Source of the DNA: Pecten maximus
Taxonomy: Eukaryota
Reading direction: 5' to 3'
Assembly (NCBI RefSeq): GCF_902652985.1
Contig: NC_047016.1
Coordinates: forward strand, 36,022,001-36,086,000
DNA: 64,000 bases
Made by a program: the position numbers and the translations under genes. Under the pieces are notes generated by a model. That model was not told where the DNA came from and made no database searches. It worked only from the letters and a program-made list of their open reading frames with translations. Shown piece by piece: positions 1 through 22,500 of the stretch. The first letter of the stretch is position 1, and the number at the start of each line of letters is the position of its first letter.

Positions 1-59
1 ATATCACAGCCTGAGAGGAATAGGTAAAAATCCTCTTACATGTAATGCACGCGTTTAAT

Positions 60-891
60 TAGCCCGAGTTTTCTCTGGCCCTGTCACCATGTCTGGTGTA
101 GGGCCAGAGCGCACTACTATATGAAAACGTGGAATTATCCGACACCGTTTGGTGTCGCTAAGAATTTGATGCAAAAACAATAAAATCGGGTGTGACATAA
201 CACCTACCTTACATATATGGATAAATGAGATATTTATGTACCCCAAAACACCCATTTAGTCTCATCTAGGTGTTTTATTTCGTCCGTACAGGCCCTCGCT
301 TTACGCTAGTCAAAATTTCATACTGTTGACCCGCCATTTTGTAAGTGACAGTACGACTAACCACCCAAATCGGAACGCAATGGACCGAAAAGACCACATA
401 TCATTTATTGTGTTTTTCTTCTTACAAAGTTTAAATTATGAAAACTAAGTTGATTATTTCCCAAAAGATGTTATATTCCATTAAAAAAATCATTATTTAT
501 AAATTATAAGCGGTAAAATATATAAAAGTAAATGTTGTATTTTTTTTTCTTTTCGCTCCATCGCGCACAGATTAGGGTAATTAGGCGGACCGCGACCTAC
601 ATAGTTAGCAATATGGCGTCGAGTCAAGTATGAAATTTTGACTAGCGTAAAGCGAGGGTCTATACGGACGGAATAAAACACCTATATGAGACTAAATGGG
701 TGTTTTGGGGTACATAAATATCTCATTTATCCATATATGTAAGGAAGGTGTTATGTCACACCCGATTTTATTGTTTTTGCATCAAATTCTTAGCGACACC
801 AAACGGTGTCGGATAATTCCACGTTTTCATATAGTAGTGCGCTCTGGCCCTACACCAGACATGGTGACAGGGCCAGAGAAAACTCGGGCTA
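60..891. mobile_element. Non-autonomous foldback/MULE-like DNA transposon, ~264-bp TIRs, 9-bp TSD
   Basis: 60-323 is the near-perfect reverse complement of 628-891. Termini are TAGCCCGAG...CTCGGGCTA. GCGTTTAAT is duplicated at 51-59 and 892-900. Lies in the DNLZ intron. Confidence 0.9.
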
Positions 892-958
892 GCGTTTAAT
901 GTATCAAAGACACGTGGGGTTGACATATATGTGCCAAGTCCCTGGGGTGGGTACTAAC

Positions 959-1431
959 CTTTTACCAACATCCTGAAACCAGCCGAGGTTGTCAGCGAGT
1001 AAATGGTGATTGTTACATCCCGAACACGTCACGATGACAACTCCTTTCTGATATGAATGTTTTGAGAACGTGTGTTGCATTTTTGTACTACATACTTTAC
1101 ACGTATACTTTATTAGGAGTTTTCCTTGTATTTGTCCCAATGAAGATGTCCCTTTATCATGGAAAGATGTTTTTTCGTCTTTCCGGTACACACAGCTGGA
1201 TGACAATCGTCTAATTTGTAGAGAGGTACATGGGTTTGCGTTAACACATCCACGAATGAGGTCTGTGTTCTGATGCAACTTACATAATTTGTTGAGTCTT
1301 TCCCTATAACACCCAGAAAGTGTGTTCAATGAGTTCGATAACAAATGTTTACCTCTATATACACGCGAATGTAACTGCGTGTCACCAGCATTATGTATGT
1401 GTCGTAAACACTGAAGCAATAATCGAGACAT
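959..1431 (-). CDS. DNLZ: DNL-type zinc finger protein (HEP1/Tim15, mitochondrial Hsp70 escort), first coding exon; the remainder is not seen in the window
   Basis: zf-DNL motif YTCKVC...FSKHSYQKGVVIVTCSGCNNHHLLADNLGWF. Basic presequence-like N-terminus from ATG 1431 (MSRLLLQCLRH). Donor AG|GTTAGT at 958. Confidence 0.92.
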
Positions 1432-1500
1432 CACCACAACGATTGTTTTCTTTTTAACGGACACATGTGCTACTTCCGGTTCCGGTTGCTGTAATCGAAG
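1432..1500. promoter_or_regulatory. Compact bidirectional promoter DNLZ/COQ4 with ETS(GABP)-like and YY1-like motifs
   Basis: Divergent ATGs are 69 bp apart. ACTTCCGGTTCCGG at ~1472-1485 (CCGGAAGT on the minus strand). AAGATGGCTG overlaps the COQ4 ATG. Confidence 0.65.
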
Positions 1501-4500
1501 ATGGCTGCGCCCATGGCATCGCATATAAGGAGATTGACATATGCGAAACATCGTTATTTTCGTCTTCTAAACAGAGAACGATGCATCGTATTGCCAAAAC
1601 ATTTCAAAAGGAAATACGAGACGACGACAAACCAAGGTGACAAGGCATTACTATCATGTTTACACCACAGGAAGATATATGTTTGTTACACTGTTAACGT
1701 TACAGATTCAGAGATTGGGGAAATCTGACATTTTCAGCTACTCTAGCTAAACGTATAGCAGCACCTACTATTGATAGCTGGATTCAGCTACTTCAAAACA
1801 ATTTACCTGTTGACGCATATTGACGTTGTTTGTTATGAAACCACAGCTCAGAACTCATGTATCTTTTGATGTGTTGATCAGTAGAAATGATACACGAGTC
1901 AAGTATCAGAAATTAATAGAGTAACTTAAAAAGTTACATCACCATGAATACATAGATAATGAATAAGTACCTGTATCACTCGCTCAATTTTACTTTATCC
2001 TATCAGATGTCCCCGTATCTCTCACAGGTACTTGTGAGAAAACAATCTGGTACCGTTATATATTCTGTAATATAATTTTAGGCATGGCCTATGTGAGAGC
2101 GCAGCAATCCCGGTGCCCATGGAATTCGAGAAACAAGCACACATAATCTAGTGTACTAGAATAGTAAATCCCACGTTACAAAATGAATATATTGCCAACA
2201 GATCTATACACTGGTTTGTAATAAAGTATATATCAACAAGAATTATGATTTAGATAACTTACTACAAAAACTAATCGTAGAATAAGTCTTAAAATAGACT
2301 GATTAAGCGATGACAAGGTGACGGGACAGCAGATCTCGCAGATGAGCAGCAGACGACAACAAAAAATTCGGAAGTCCTCTTTATTTTAGGTGCTATATTT
2401 GGTAAACTTGTATGCAACTCGAACGGACCGGAGCTGCACTCGTAAAACACCGGAAATATTTTCGTTGAAAATTATACCGTTACGTTTTGAATATAAAAAA
2501 TTAAGAACTTGTTCATGATTAATTTTATTAACAAATTCTAACTAGTGTGAAGTCAAACATTTGCATATTTTTAAAATCTTGATATTTTGTAATCTCCCGA
2601 GAATGTGACTTTGAATACAGTCTTGCGCAACACTGGATCTTGTCGTGACTTCCTGTTTCCGGTTACTGAGAAAGTTTTTGAACTCTAAGTATATTGGGGG
2701 GGGGGAAAGGGGGGTTTCCGAGACATCTCTACCATTAAGTTCGCTACACGAACATGCTTCGCCCGTTCGAGCTGCGCTCTCTAATAACCATGTATGGACT
2801 CGGTTTTCTACTTCAAATTAAAGTTCAAATGGGTGTTGGCCGACTTTAACAATCTGAATAGACCCTGGTAAATACTAGAAGCCATATGCCGCTCAGTTAG
2901 AGAGAGTGATCGGTTGAGTATTTGACTACTAAGCCAGAGGTTCCGGGTTAAATCCTCAGGCATTGAAATATATTTAATTAATACTGACCTCTGTTACATG
3001 AAGCCTTTTTGAAGGTAATAAACTGTGAGAGAAGTGAAAGGAACAAAGGTTTTCCCAGGCCTAGGGATGTGACACTTAAGGTAGCCCGAATTTCCTCTGG
3101 CCCTGACACCTAGATATGGTGTCAGGGCCAGAGGAAACTCGGGCTACACTTAAGGCAGATCTTGAGGATAAGGAATAGTCATTATCTTAACCATTTTGAT
3201 GTCTTATATTTGGGTCTTTATATTTTGTTTGTTTGCTTTTAGTTTTTATTTATTAGCTCATTGTTGTTCAGAACAATATCATTATTATAATTATGTAGGT
3301 GACTCTTGGGATGAGGAGGATTCAGAAAGCCTGCATCATGAGGATATCAACATGGAGAACTATCCCGGACATATCCCAACCTCAACTTTCCAGAAGGTTC
3401 TCCTCACTCTCGGATCTGCTGCAATGTGTTTGTACAACCCTTTACGTGATGGTCAGTGATAGTTCTGGCATCCTTACTACTATTGAAAGGACTTAGGCTA
3501 TCTATGAACAAGTTTGTCCCATGACAGGACCACATCTAAGACAAAACAAAGAGTGGTTGGATAGTCAGAATTAGCTTTCAGAGTAGTAATTTTGATACAG
3601 TCTTCGTCACACTGTATACAAATCCAGACAAGATTACATTTTGCATGACAAATTATTGCTCAAAAACCATATTATTATATTTGAACATAGTACATGGAAT
3701 TGTTCACTTTCATCACAGTAGACATACTAGGAAAACTAAATATCCAATTGCTCAATGTGTAGGGCAACTTATCATCAGGTTTAGGTAATATAGCACACTT
3801 AACTAATTAACTTTAGTTTTAGATAATAAGGCAAATACATTCTTGGTTTCCATTGTCCTCAAGAAGTGCTGTTGAGAAATAAATGCTTGATATGCTGGTG
3901 ATCCAGTAAATGGTACGGTTTAGTTTTACGGCTTTACACAATTTGACAGCTTTACCAGAATTTGAATTGCATATTTTCATTGTAACAAACACAAAAAAAA
4001 TATCAGCAAGAAAATATTAATTTTACCTTCCTGAAAATAATTTCAGTACTGTTTGGTTTTATTTGCAGACATGATAGCAACACTCGGTGAGGTGAGTGGT
4101 GCTTGGGCCATCAGGAGGATGAAAGAGAAGATGGAAGAAGATCCTGTTGGGAGGCTGATCCTTGAGTAGGTTTACACTGATTATACATGTAAAGTGTAAT
4201 ATAAACAATTGAACTCATATTAATTGTGCATGTTGGCCCAGCATGAGATGTGTGAGGGGGTCTTAGTGAGGGAGGAAACCACCAGAGTACCTGGGGAAAA
4301 CCCAAGTGGTGGGCAGGTGACCCGTACCTCGTAACATCCTGTCAGTGAATCAAACCCTGGCCACCTAGTTAAAAGACCCAACCACCCAATACTGTATACT
4401 GATTATGCATGTATGTAGTTTGTGGGTAGTATCAAGATAGAGTGTCTGTACTGTACAATGTATAGATCTTCTGGATGGACCCTATTAGGAGTTTTTCTCT

Positions 4501-6887
4501 TAGAGAGAGTTTTAAATAATTTCAGGAGGAAGCCGTTTGGAATTTCATATTGAAGTAGCTATAGGTTAATGTACATATATATATAGATAATGATTAGACT
4601 TTTGTTGGTGAATGTTTTGGGACCCAATTGGGAGCTAATGCTGGATTAGATTTAAAATATGAGGTGGAGGGGGCATACAGTCACATTGTGAGACACCTCA
4701 TACTGGCTAATCTAAATTAGAGAATTGATTTATTGTTGTTAATACATTATGCTTGGGTGCTATTAATAAATATAAAATTAATGATAATATCCAAATACTG
4801 TATCCTCAAAGAAATAAAAGTTTAGAAAATTAGTAGTGTTGTGAGCAGAGATCTGACTCAGACTTAGTGGTTTGTGTTGAAGGTGATGTGCGACTGTACC
4901 ATAATCGGTGTAGTCTACACTTGGTCAAGCCTCAATATGGACGTGTTTATGTACTGTGCTGGAGTGGTTGTATACTACACTTTCCATTCCAGCATATTTT
5001 TACTGTTATGTCACCTTATGTACATAATGTACACAACATCTGAACTCTTTCCTAGGGAACAACCTGTCATCAACACTAACACTGTGTCTATAGAATACCT
5101 GGGTAGTCTTCCTGAGGGAACATTTGGAAAGGCGTACTGGAAATTCCTCAGTAAAAATGTACGTGAATTACTTTTTCTGCTAAACATTATTAAAGTCTGC
5201 ATTAATGAGGTTAGTCTTTACACATGAATATTTTAATACATTTACTCATTGCTTAAAATGTGCATGTAAAATTTCATTTACTGAAAATGTAATTAATATG
5301 TTAAAGTGCCAAGTATTGTTATATTGTTTTAGTTGTCATTTGTTAAAAATAGTATTTTTACATTTAATGCAAATCCATAAGATTCTCATTAGGTATTGAC
5401 ATGAGCAATCTTTCAAACAATACCAACCCCAAATATCAAACTAGCATTCAATAGAATCTGTTTGGAAAATTCTTAAAGCCCATCCATCAAAATGTTTCTC
5501 CAATCTTGTTCTGGTGTGGGAAATATGTTGCAGCATTTAATTAGTTTTTCTACCAATGACTGTGAAAGGAGGCAGTGTAGTTTTATAGTAATTATATAAA
5601 ATACTTTTATATGACTATTGGTGAAATTATGAGGTATTTTTAATTTGTCTGAAACCTCGAGGGACAGAATTTTTTTTTGCACACATTTGGAATGTTATTA
5701 ATTTACATATGATATTAAAATGTATTCTTGAAGTATCTGTCAAGTTCATATGATCAAGCAAATACTGTGGATGACAAGACGGATGAAAATTTTTCCATTG
5801 GAAGCATGATGAAACTAAACAGTCAGATCCCAAAGGATTAAGCTTAAACCTGTTTTGTGTACATTCCATAGATAAATATTATTAAATGATTAATGTCCAA
5901 AATGCTCGTTATATGTTGTCAGCTTTCTCTTATCCCTTTGTTCGTTCTGGATAATGTGGTATTTTACTTTCAGTTTTCTTGAAAAAATGCATTGGATGGA
6001 ATGGCCGTTTTTCATGACCTACTTCTCCATGTCTATTTTCAGGGATTCTCCCCAGATTCTCGTCAGCCTATTCAGTTTGTGGATGATCCAGACTTGAAGT
6101 ATGTGATGTTGCGGTACAGACAAACCCATGACCTTTATCATGCTGTGCTGGGCATGAAGCCCAGCATGCTGGGCGAAGTTGCAGTCAAATGGGTGGAGGC
6201 CTTCCAGACAGGGACTTCCAATGTGTACCCTGGGTGCAGTGTTTGGTCCTCTTCGCCTTGGCCCTGTGTAAGTTCATTTTTATACCCTCTACAACCGACA
6301 GTTATGTGATTTGGAGAAAAATATGGTGTGGGAGGGGATGGGGGTCAGAGCTACTGAGGTCATGTATGTCCCATCTACACATGTTTCAGTTCAGTGTCAT
6401 ATAATGTGCTTTAAACTTCAGTTCACAAATTAAAACTATATTTTATGTAAAATGTTAAGTATGAATTTAAATATACCTGGAATGAGCTATTTCAGAGTTG
6501 CTAGGTCAGGGACACGGTTACTAGAAAATAGTCATTATGATTTGAATGCTCCAGTGGCTTCATGTAAAATTAATGAGTACAGATGTACTTATCTAAGATT
6601 TTTAGCCAGACTTATCTTGGTCCAGTGTCACTGGTACAAAATTTACTTAACAAATTTCACATTGGATTCGTTAAGATATATTTATTATTTTCAATTCATT
6701 ATGATATTAAATTTCTTTTTTTTTAAGACACCAGAAAAGACATTTAGAAACTTATCTTCCCTGGGCCATTCGCACAGGAAGGGATGCAAAGTTCCTAATG
6801 GCCGTGTACTGGGAGAAGGAATGGGAGAAAGACTTGGATCAACTCAGGACGGAGCTCAACATAGTGCCACCTCCTGTTCTCAAATGA
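1501..6887 (+). CDS. COQ4: Ubiquinone biosynthesis protein COQ4, 6 exons, with an apparent +1 frameshift in exon 5
   Basis: Exons ~1501-1636, 3257-3451, 4069-4165, 5056-5158, 6043-6267, 6728-6887 with GT-AG ends. YPGHIPTSTFQK, LPEGTFGKAY, metal-binding HDLYH(x11)E, KWVEAFQTG-LPMC, YLPWAIRTG...YWEKEWEKDL. Confidence 0.93.
2880..2998 (+). mobile_element. Degenerate tRNA-derived repeat (SINE head or solo tRNA-type LTR)
   Basis: tRNA-like GATCGGTTGAGTATTTGACTACTAAGCCAGAGGTTCCGGGTTAAATCC (A/B-box-like); the segment ends in TGTTACA. Confidence 0.4.
3082..3146. mobile_element. 65-bp palindromic mini-MITE of the same family as 60-891, 9-bp TSD
   Basis: TAGCCCGAATTTCCTCTGGCCCTGACACC...GGTGTCAGGGCCAGAGGAAACTCGGGCTA. 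CACTTAAGG is duplicated at 3073-3081 and 3147-3155. Confidence 0.9.
4230..4390 (-). mobile_element. tRNA-derived SINE relic (V-domain-like)
   Basis: Minus strand has a B-box-like GGTTTGATTC followed by GGGTTTTCCCCAGGTACTCTGGTGGTTTCCTCCC, which resembles the V-SINE core. Confidence 0.55.
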
Positions 6888-8660
6888 CACTCTTATCTGT
6901 AGTGTGATGTTAATGACCTTTGTAGACTTCAAGGTCATTTAAGGCTGAATTATTTATTACAAGTCAGATGTCAACTGGATACCAGCATGCAAGCAGTGAC
7001 ATCAAATGTTGCCAATTTTATGATAAATTGATTATATTAATTGAACTTTGTTGAGTTGTATAATCGATTTTTTGTCGAGACACATATAAGCCAATCAGAG
7101 TTGAGAAAGTGTGCATTTCATGAATCCCTTAGTATTCAATTAAGTATAATAATGAAAGATAATCTCTCTGAAAAGTTTGGATTAGAACAAATATTGATAT
7201 AATGGGTAAAAAGTCAAAAAGATTCAGTAACATTTCATACCTTGTGTGGAAAAAATAAAATTTTTATCAACAAGATGTATTGTGTTTATGTGTTAAGTTT
7301 GAAAATAAACAAATAAACAGTTTTTAGTATTTAAACTTATTTATATATGTTGTTGAGATTTATTTCCCTGATAATCATGGTGTTAATGGTTAATATCTCT
7401 TGTAACTTTTTAAAGTTTGGATCAGTCTCAAAACCAGTTATACCTGCATGCAAAATTTCTCCTATACTTTGAGAAATGTTGTAATAAGCATTAACCATAT
7501 CTGTCAAGATTATTTTCTGATGTACTTTCTGTTGGAGAACTAGCAACATCAAATTTTTCAAAGGATGGTTCAAGACAATTGGAGGATGAGGCCAAATAAA
7601 AATTATGTGTTTGATGTTTTATCCTCGAGACAAATAGGATAGGTAGGTAGGAATTTTTTTAATTATTTTTTTTTACTAAGGTTATATAGAAGGGAAATTA
7701 TGACATAAATAGTGCTTCTTTGATAACTGCAACTAGGTAGGCAGGAAACCTGAAACACAGCATTTCTTTTATTTGGCCTGAACAGATAGAGTGTACTTAA
7801 TATTAAATGAACACAAAGAAATAACAAAACCAATGTATTCAGCAATAGACCAATTTATATGAATAGGCAAAATATTTTAAATACCATCTTTGAAGGTAAA
7901 CATCAGACAAGAACAATGCATGTAAATGAACACCAATTAAAATGAATTAAAATATACATCACATCTACTTCCTGGTCTGTGACCAGGAAATTATCAATTA
8001 ATTATTAATTACTATCTAATATTTAGTCTCAAAATGTATGGATAGAATTTGATCTTCATTTGATCATCAAATGCCAAAGTATGTCAACTCTGTTCTGTTT
8101 AATATATTTCTTTAAATATTTATCACTCATGGTATATAGTAGAACCCCACATAAACATACATCCAATGGAACCCCCCGCCCTCCCCCCAATTGTTTTAAC
8201 ACCACAAATAAATAAGTAAAAGAAAACAAATTGAAGTCAGTGGGTAGCCAGAAATACATATACATGTATATATATAAAATGTAACTAAATCTCTAAATAT
8301 TCATCAATTCATCCCTTTCAGAAACAACAGAGAATACCCACACAATGATACAAATGTCTCTTCAATCAAGGTCTAAGAGCAAACACTACTAAACAACATA
8401 TTATTCTGTGTATAATTAGGTTTTTTCATAAATAATAATAGAATTTATCATATATTTCCATATTAAACATTTGCCATGCAAATTATGTATAAACCAGATG
8501 TAAATGTGAACGGGATTGTTTATGGCATTGCATAGATACTATGTACAGTACATATATCTATAGAGAGATTCATTTCTGTATAAATGACATATGGTATCAC
8601 AGAACTGATTAATAAATATAAGCACCCATTAAATGGACTAAAATAGGACTACAAAAACAT

Positions 8661-9683
8661 TAACAAGAGACCATGGGCCTAACGGTCACCTGAGTTTGAT
8701 ATATTTTGGCAGATTTGATTCCTGTGACCTTGAATTTGAGATCAATGTCAGTCATCCCAGCATATGCTACAAGCCAAATATCATTTTACTATATGCTACA
8801 AGCCAAATATCATTTTACTAAGTTGGTTCTCAAGAAGAAGACTTTTAAAAGATTTTAGCATATTTGAGCTAGGTTGTCTTGAATGAAGCTCAAGGTCATC
8901 TGTTTGTGCCATTGAGTTTTTCGTTATACAAAGTTATCTGATGTTTTGAGCAGATATTGGTTATTGTCTCATATAGTTCGCATTTGGTAGTAACATATCA
9001 GGATTTTGTGAGAAAAGAATTTCTTTTGTGACAAAAGATAATGAAGCGACAACCAATTTGTGAGAAAAGAATTTTTTTTTTGTGACGTAAGACAATGAAG
9101 TGACAATCAACACCTTCTCACAAGAGCAACTAATACTTGTGCATAACCAATAGATTCAACATTAAAAGATTTCACACTTGACAGTAAACAAGAGTACACA
9201 AATGTAGAGGAAAAAAAGATGGTGTATTTGTACTTATTTCCAAGGCCCCATATAAGGTCTCTGCATGGGCCTATTGCTTAGTGAGAGCATTGAAAGATTT
9301 CAGCTTTTTTGACCCCTGTGACTTTGAATGTAAGTCAAGGCCATTCATTTGAACAATCTTGAGAGCCCTTCACTCAAGCATTCTATATGACCAATATGAG
9401 GTCTCTGAACTTCATGCTTAATGAGAAGAAGTTTTTGAAAGATTTAAGCATATTTGACCCGTGTGATCTCGAATGGAAGTCAAGTTCATCCATTTGAACA
9501 AACTTGGCAGCCCTTCATCCCAGCATGCTACAGAACATGTATCATGTTTCTAAGTTGGTTCTCAAGAAGAAAACTTTTAAAAGATTTTTGCATATTTGAG
9601 CCAGGTTGCCTTAAAAGAAGCTCAAGTTCATCTGTTTGTGCCATTGAGTTTTTGGCTATACAAAGTTATCTGCTTGCATATTG
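8661..9683. mobile_element. Helentron-associated (HINE/pearl-like) element with internal satellite-like repeats, running into the gap
   Basis: Terminus AACAAGAGACCATGGGCC. Repeated TGACCTTGAA...CAAGGTCA...GAGAAGAAG blocks; 8820-8945 is repeated at 9551-9683. Confidence 0.6.
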
Positions 9684-10183
9684 NNNNNNNNNNNNNNNNN
9701 NNNNNNNNNNNNNNNNNNNNNNNNNNNNNNNNNNNNNNNNNNNNNNNNNNNNNNNNNNNNNNNNNNNNNNNNNNNNNNNNNNNNNNNNNNNNNNNNNNNN
9801 NNNNNNNNNNNNNNNNNNNNNNNNNNNNNNNNNNNNNNNNNNNNNNNNNNNNNNNNNNNNNNNNNNNNNNNNNNNNNNNNNNNNNNNNNNNNNNNNNNNN
9901 NNNNNNNNNNNNNNNNNNNNNNNNNNNNNNNNNNNNNNNNNNNNNNNNNNNNNNNNNNNNNNNNNNNNNNNNNNNNNNNNNNNNNNNNNNNNNNNNNNNN
10001 NNNNNNNNNNNNNNNNNNNNNNNNNNNNNNNNNNNNNNNNNNNNNNNNNNNNNNNNNNNNNNNNNNNNNNNNNNNNNNNNNNNNNNNNNNNNNNNNNNNN
10101 NNNNNNNNNNNNNNNNNNNNNNNNNNNNNNNNNNNNNNNNNNNNNNNNNNNNNNNNNNNNNNNNNNNNNNNNNNNNNNNNNNN
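9684..10183. other. Assembly gap (500 N)
   Basis: Run of N. Confidence 1.
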
Positions 10184-10473
10184 TATGTAGGTGTGTTTCC
10201 CAGAATGTTAGTTTGATTCAAATATCATTGCAAAATTCATTTCCCTCTGTTTATTTCAGTAATTGATTTTTGTCTGATTTTCTACATTTTTAACCAATCT
10301 CTTAAGGAGTTAACAATTGAAACTATACAAGATAATCATTAGTCAAAAAGACAGAGTTTTATCATAAATATTCAACAATCATTATTCTTGATTTTGCTTC
10401 TTATTTTGATAGTAGCATGTGTAATGTTGGAAGGAAGTGATTTCAGTCAATTTTAGCAAATCTTTCTTTTCAG

Positions 10474-21734
<11,261 letters not shown>

Positions 21735-22410
21735 TCTACAAAGTAGATTATTTCTGCAACCTTGTTGGTCACCTGTTTGCCTTAACTTTTAAACTGCAGA
21801 TTACTGGTAATAAGACTGTTAGCTTGTGACAAACAGAATCTGTTGTGTGATAGATCATGGTGATAGAACCTGTTGGAGTTTATCAGTTGGATTAATGAAT
21901 CGTGAGGATGACACCATGCTAAATATACTAAGTGTTAATTTTATATAACAACTTAATACTTACTGCTAATTTCATTTAACAATCAAGTACTATCTTTCCT
22001 GAATGTAAGATTGTGTCATATTGTTCATAATGAAGAAAAAACCAGTCACTTAGATTGCCTGAATAGAAAGATATTTTGACGATAGATTGCCTGAATAGAA
22101 AGATATTTTGACGATGACAAGGTTTGGGTTATTCCTGTAAGCTTCTCTCTTATGCTCCTATTCATGTATTTCTAATGAGATTTGAGTATTTAGCTCTCTA
22201 AATACTTGGGAATGACACCCTCAGAAAGAGTTGCCTCCCTTCCATATGTCTTACCAGTGAGAATAGTATGGTCCGGAACTTTAAAGCAGTACTCCTATGG
22301 GCAACTACTCTTGAACCAAACAGATAAGGTTAATATATTTCTTATACACACAGGTACACTTAGGTATTTCTTTTCTGGCAACTATGGTAATGTCATCAAT
22401 TGTGTTAAAC

Positions 22411-22500
22411 TCAAAGTTGTTCTGTAAATTGCTGTTAACACAAAGTTGTTCTGTAAATTGCTGTTAACACAAAGTTGTTCTGTAAATTGCTGTTAACACT
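22411..22500 (+). repeat. 29-bp tandem repeat x3
   Basis: CAAAGTTGTTCTGTAAATTGCTGTTAACA repeated. Confidence 0.85.

Noticed and set aside
55-899. Two near-identical 66-67-aa ORFs on opposite strands
   Set aside because: They are mirror translations of the element's TIRs.
1432-1551. Longer DNLZ N-terminus from ATG 1551 overlapping COQ4
   Set aside because: It spans the promoter motifs and COQ4 exon 1; ATG 1431 gives a plausible presequence.
2078-2800. Possible MITE bounded by GAGAGCGCAGC/GCTGCGCTCTC
   Set aside because: Only ~11 bp of clean inverted match and no definable TSD.
9454-10266. ORFs spanning the N run
   Set aside because: Gap artefacts.
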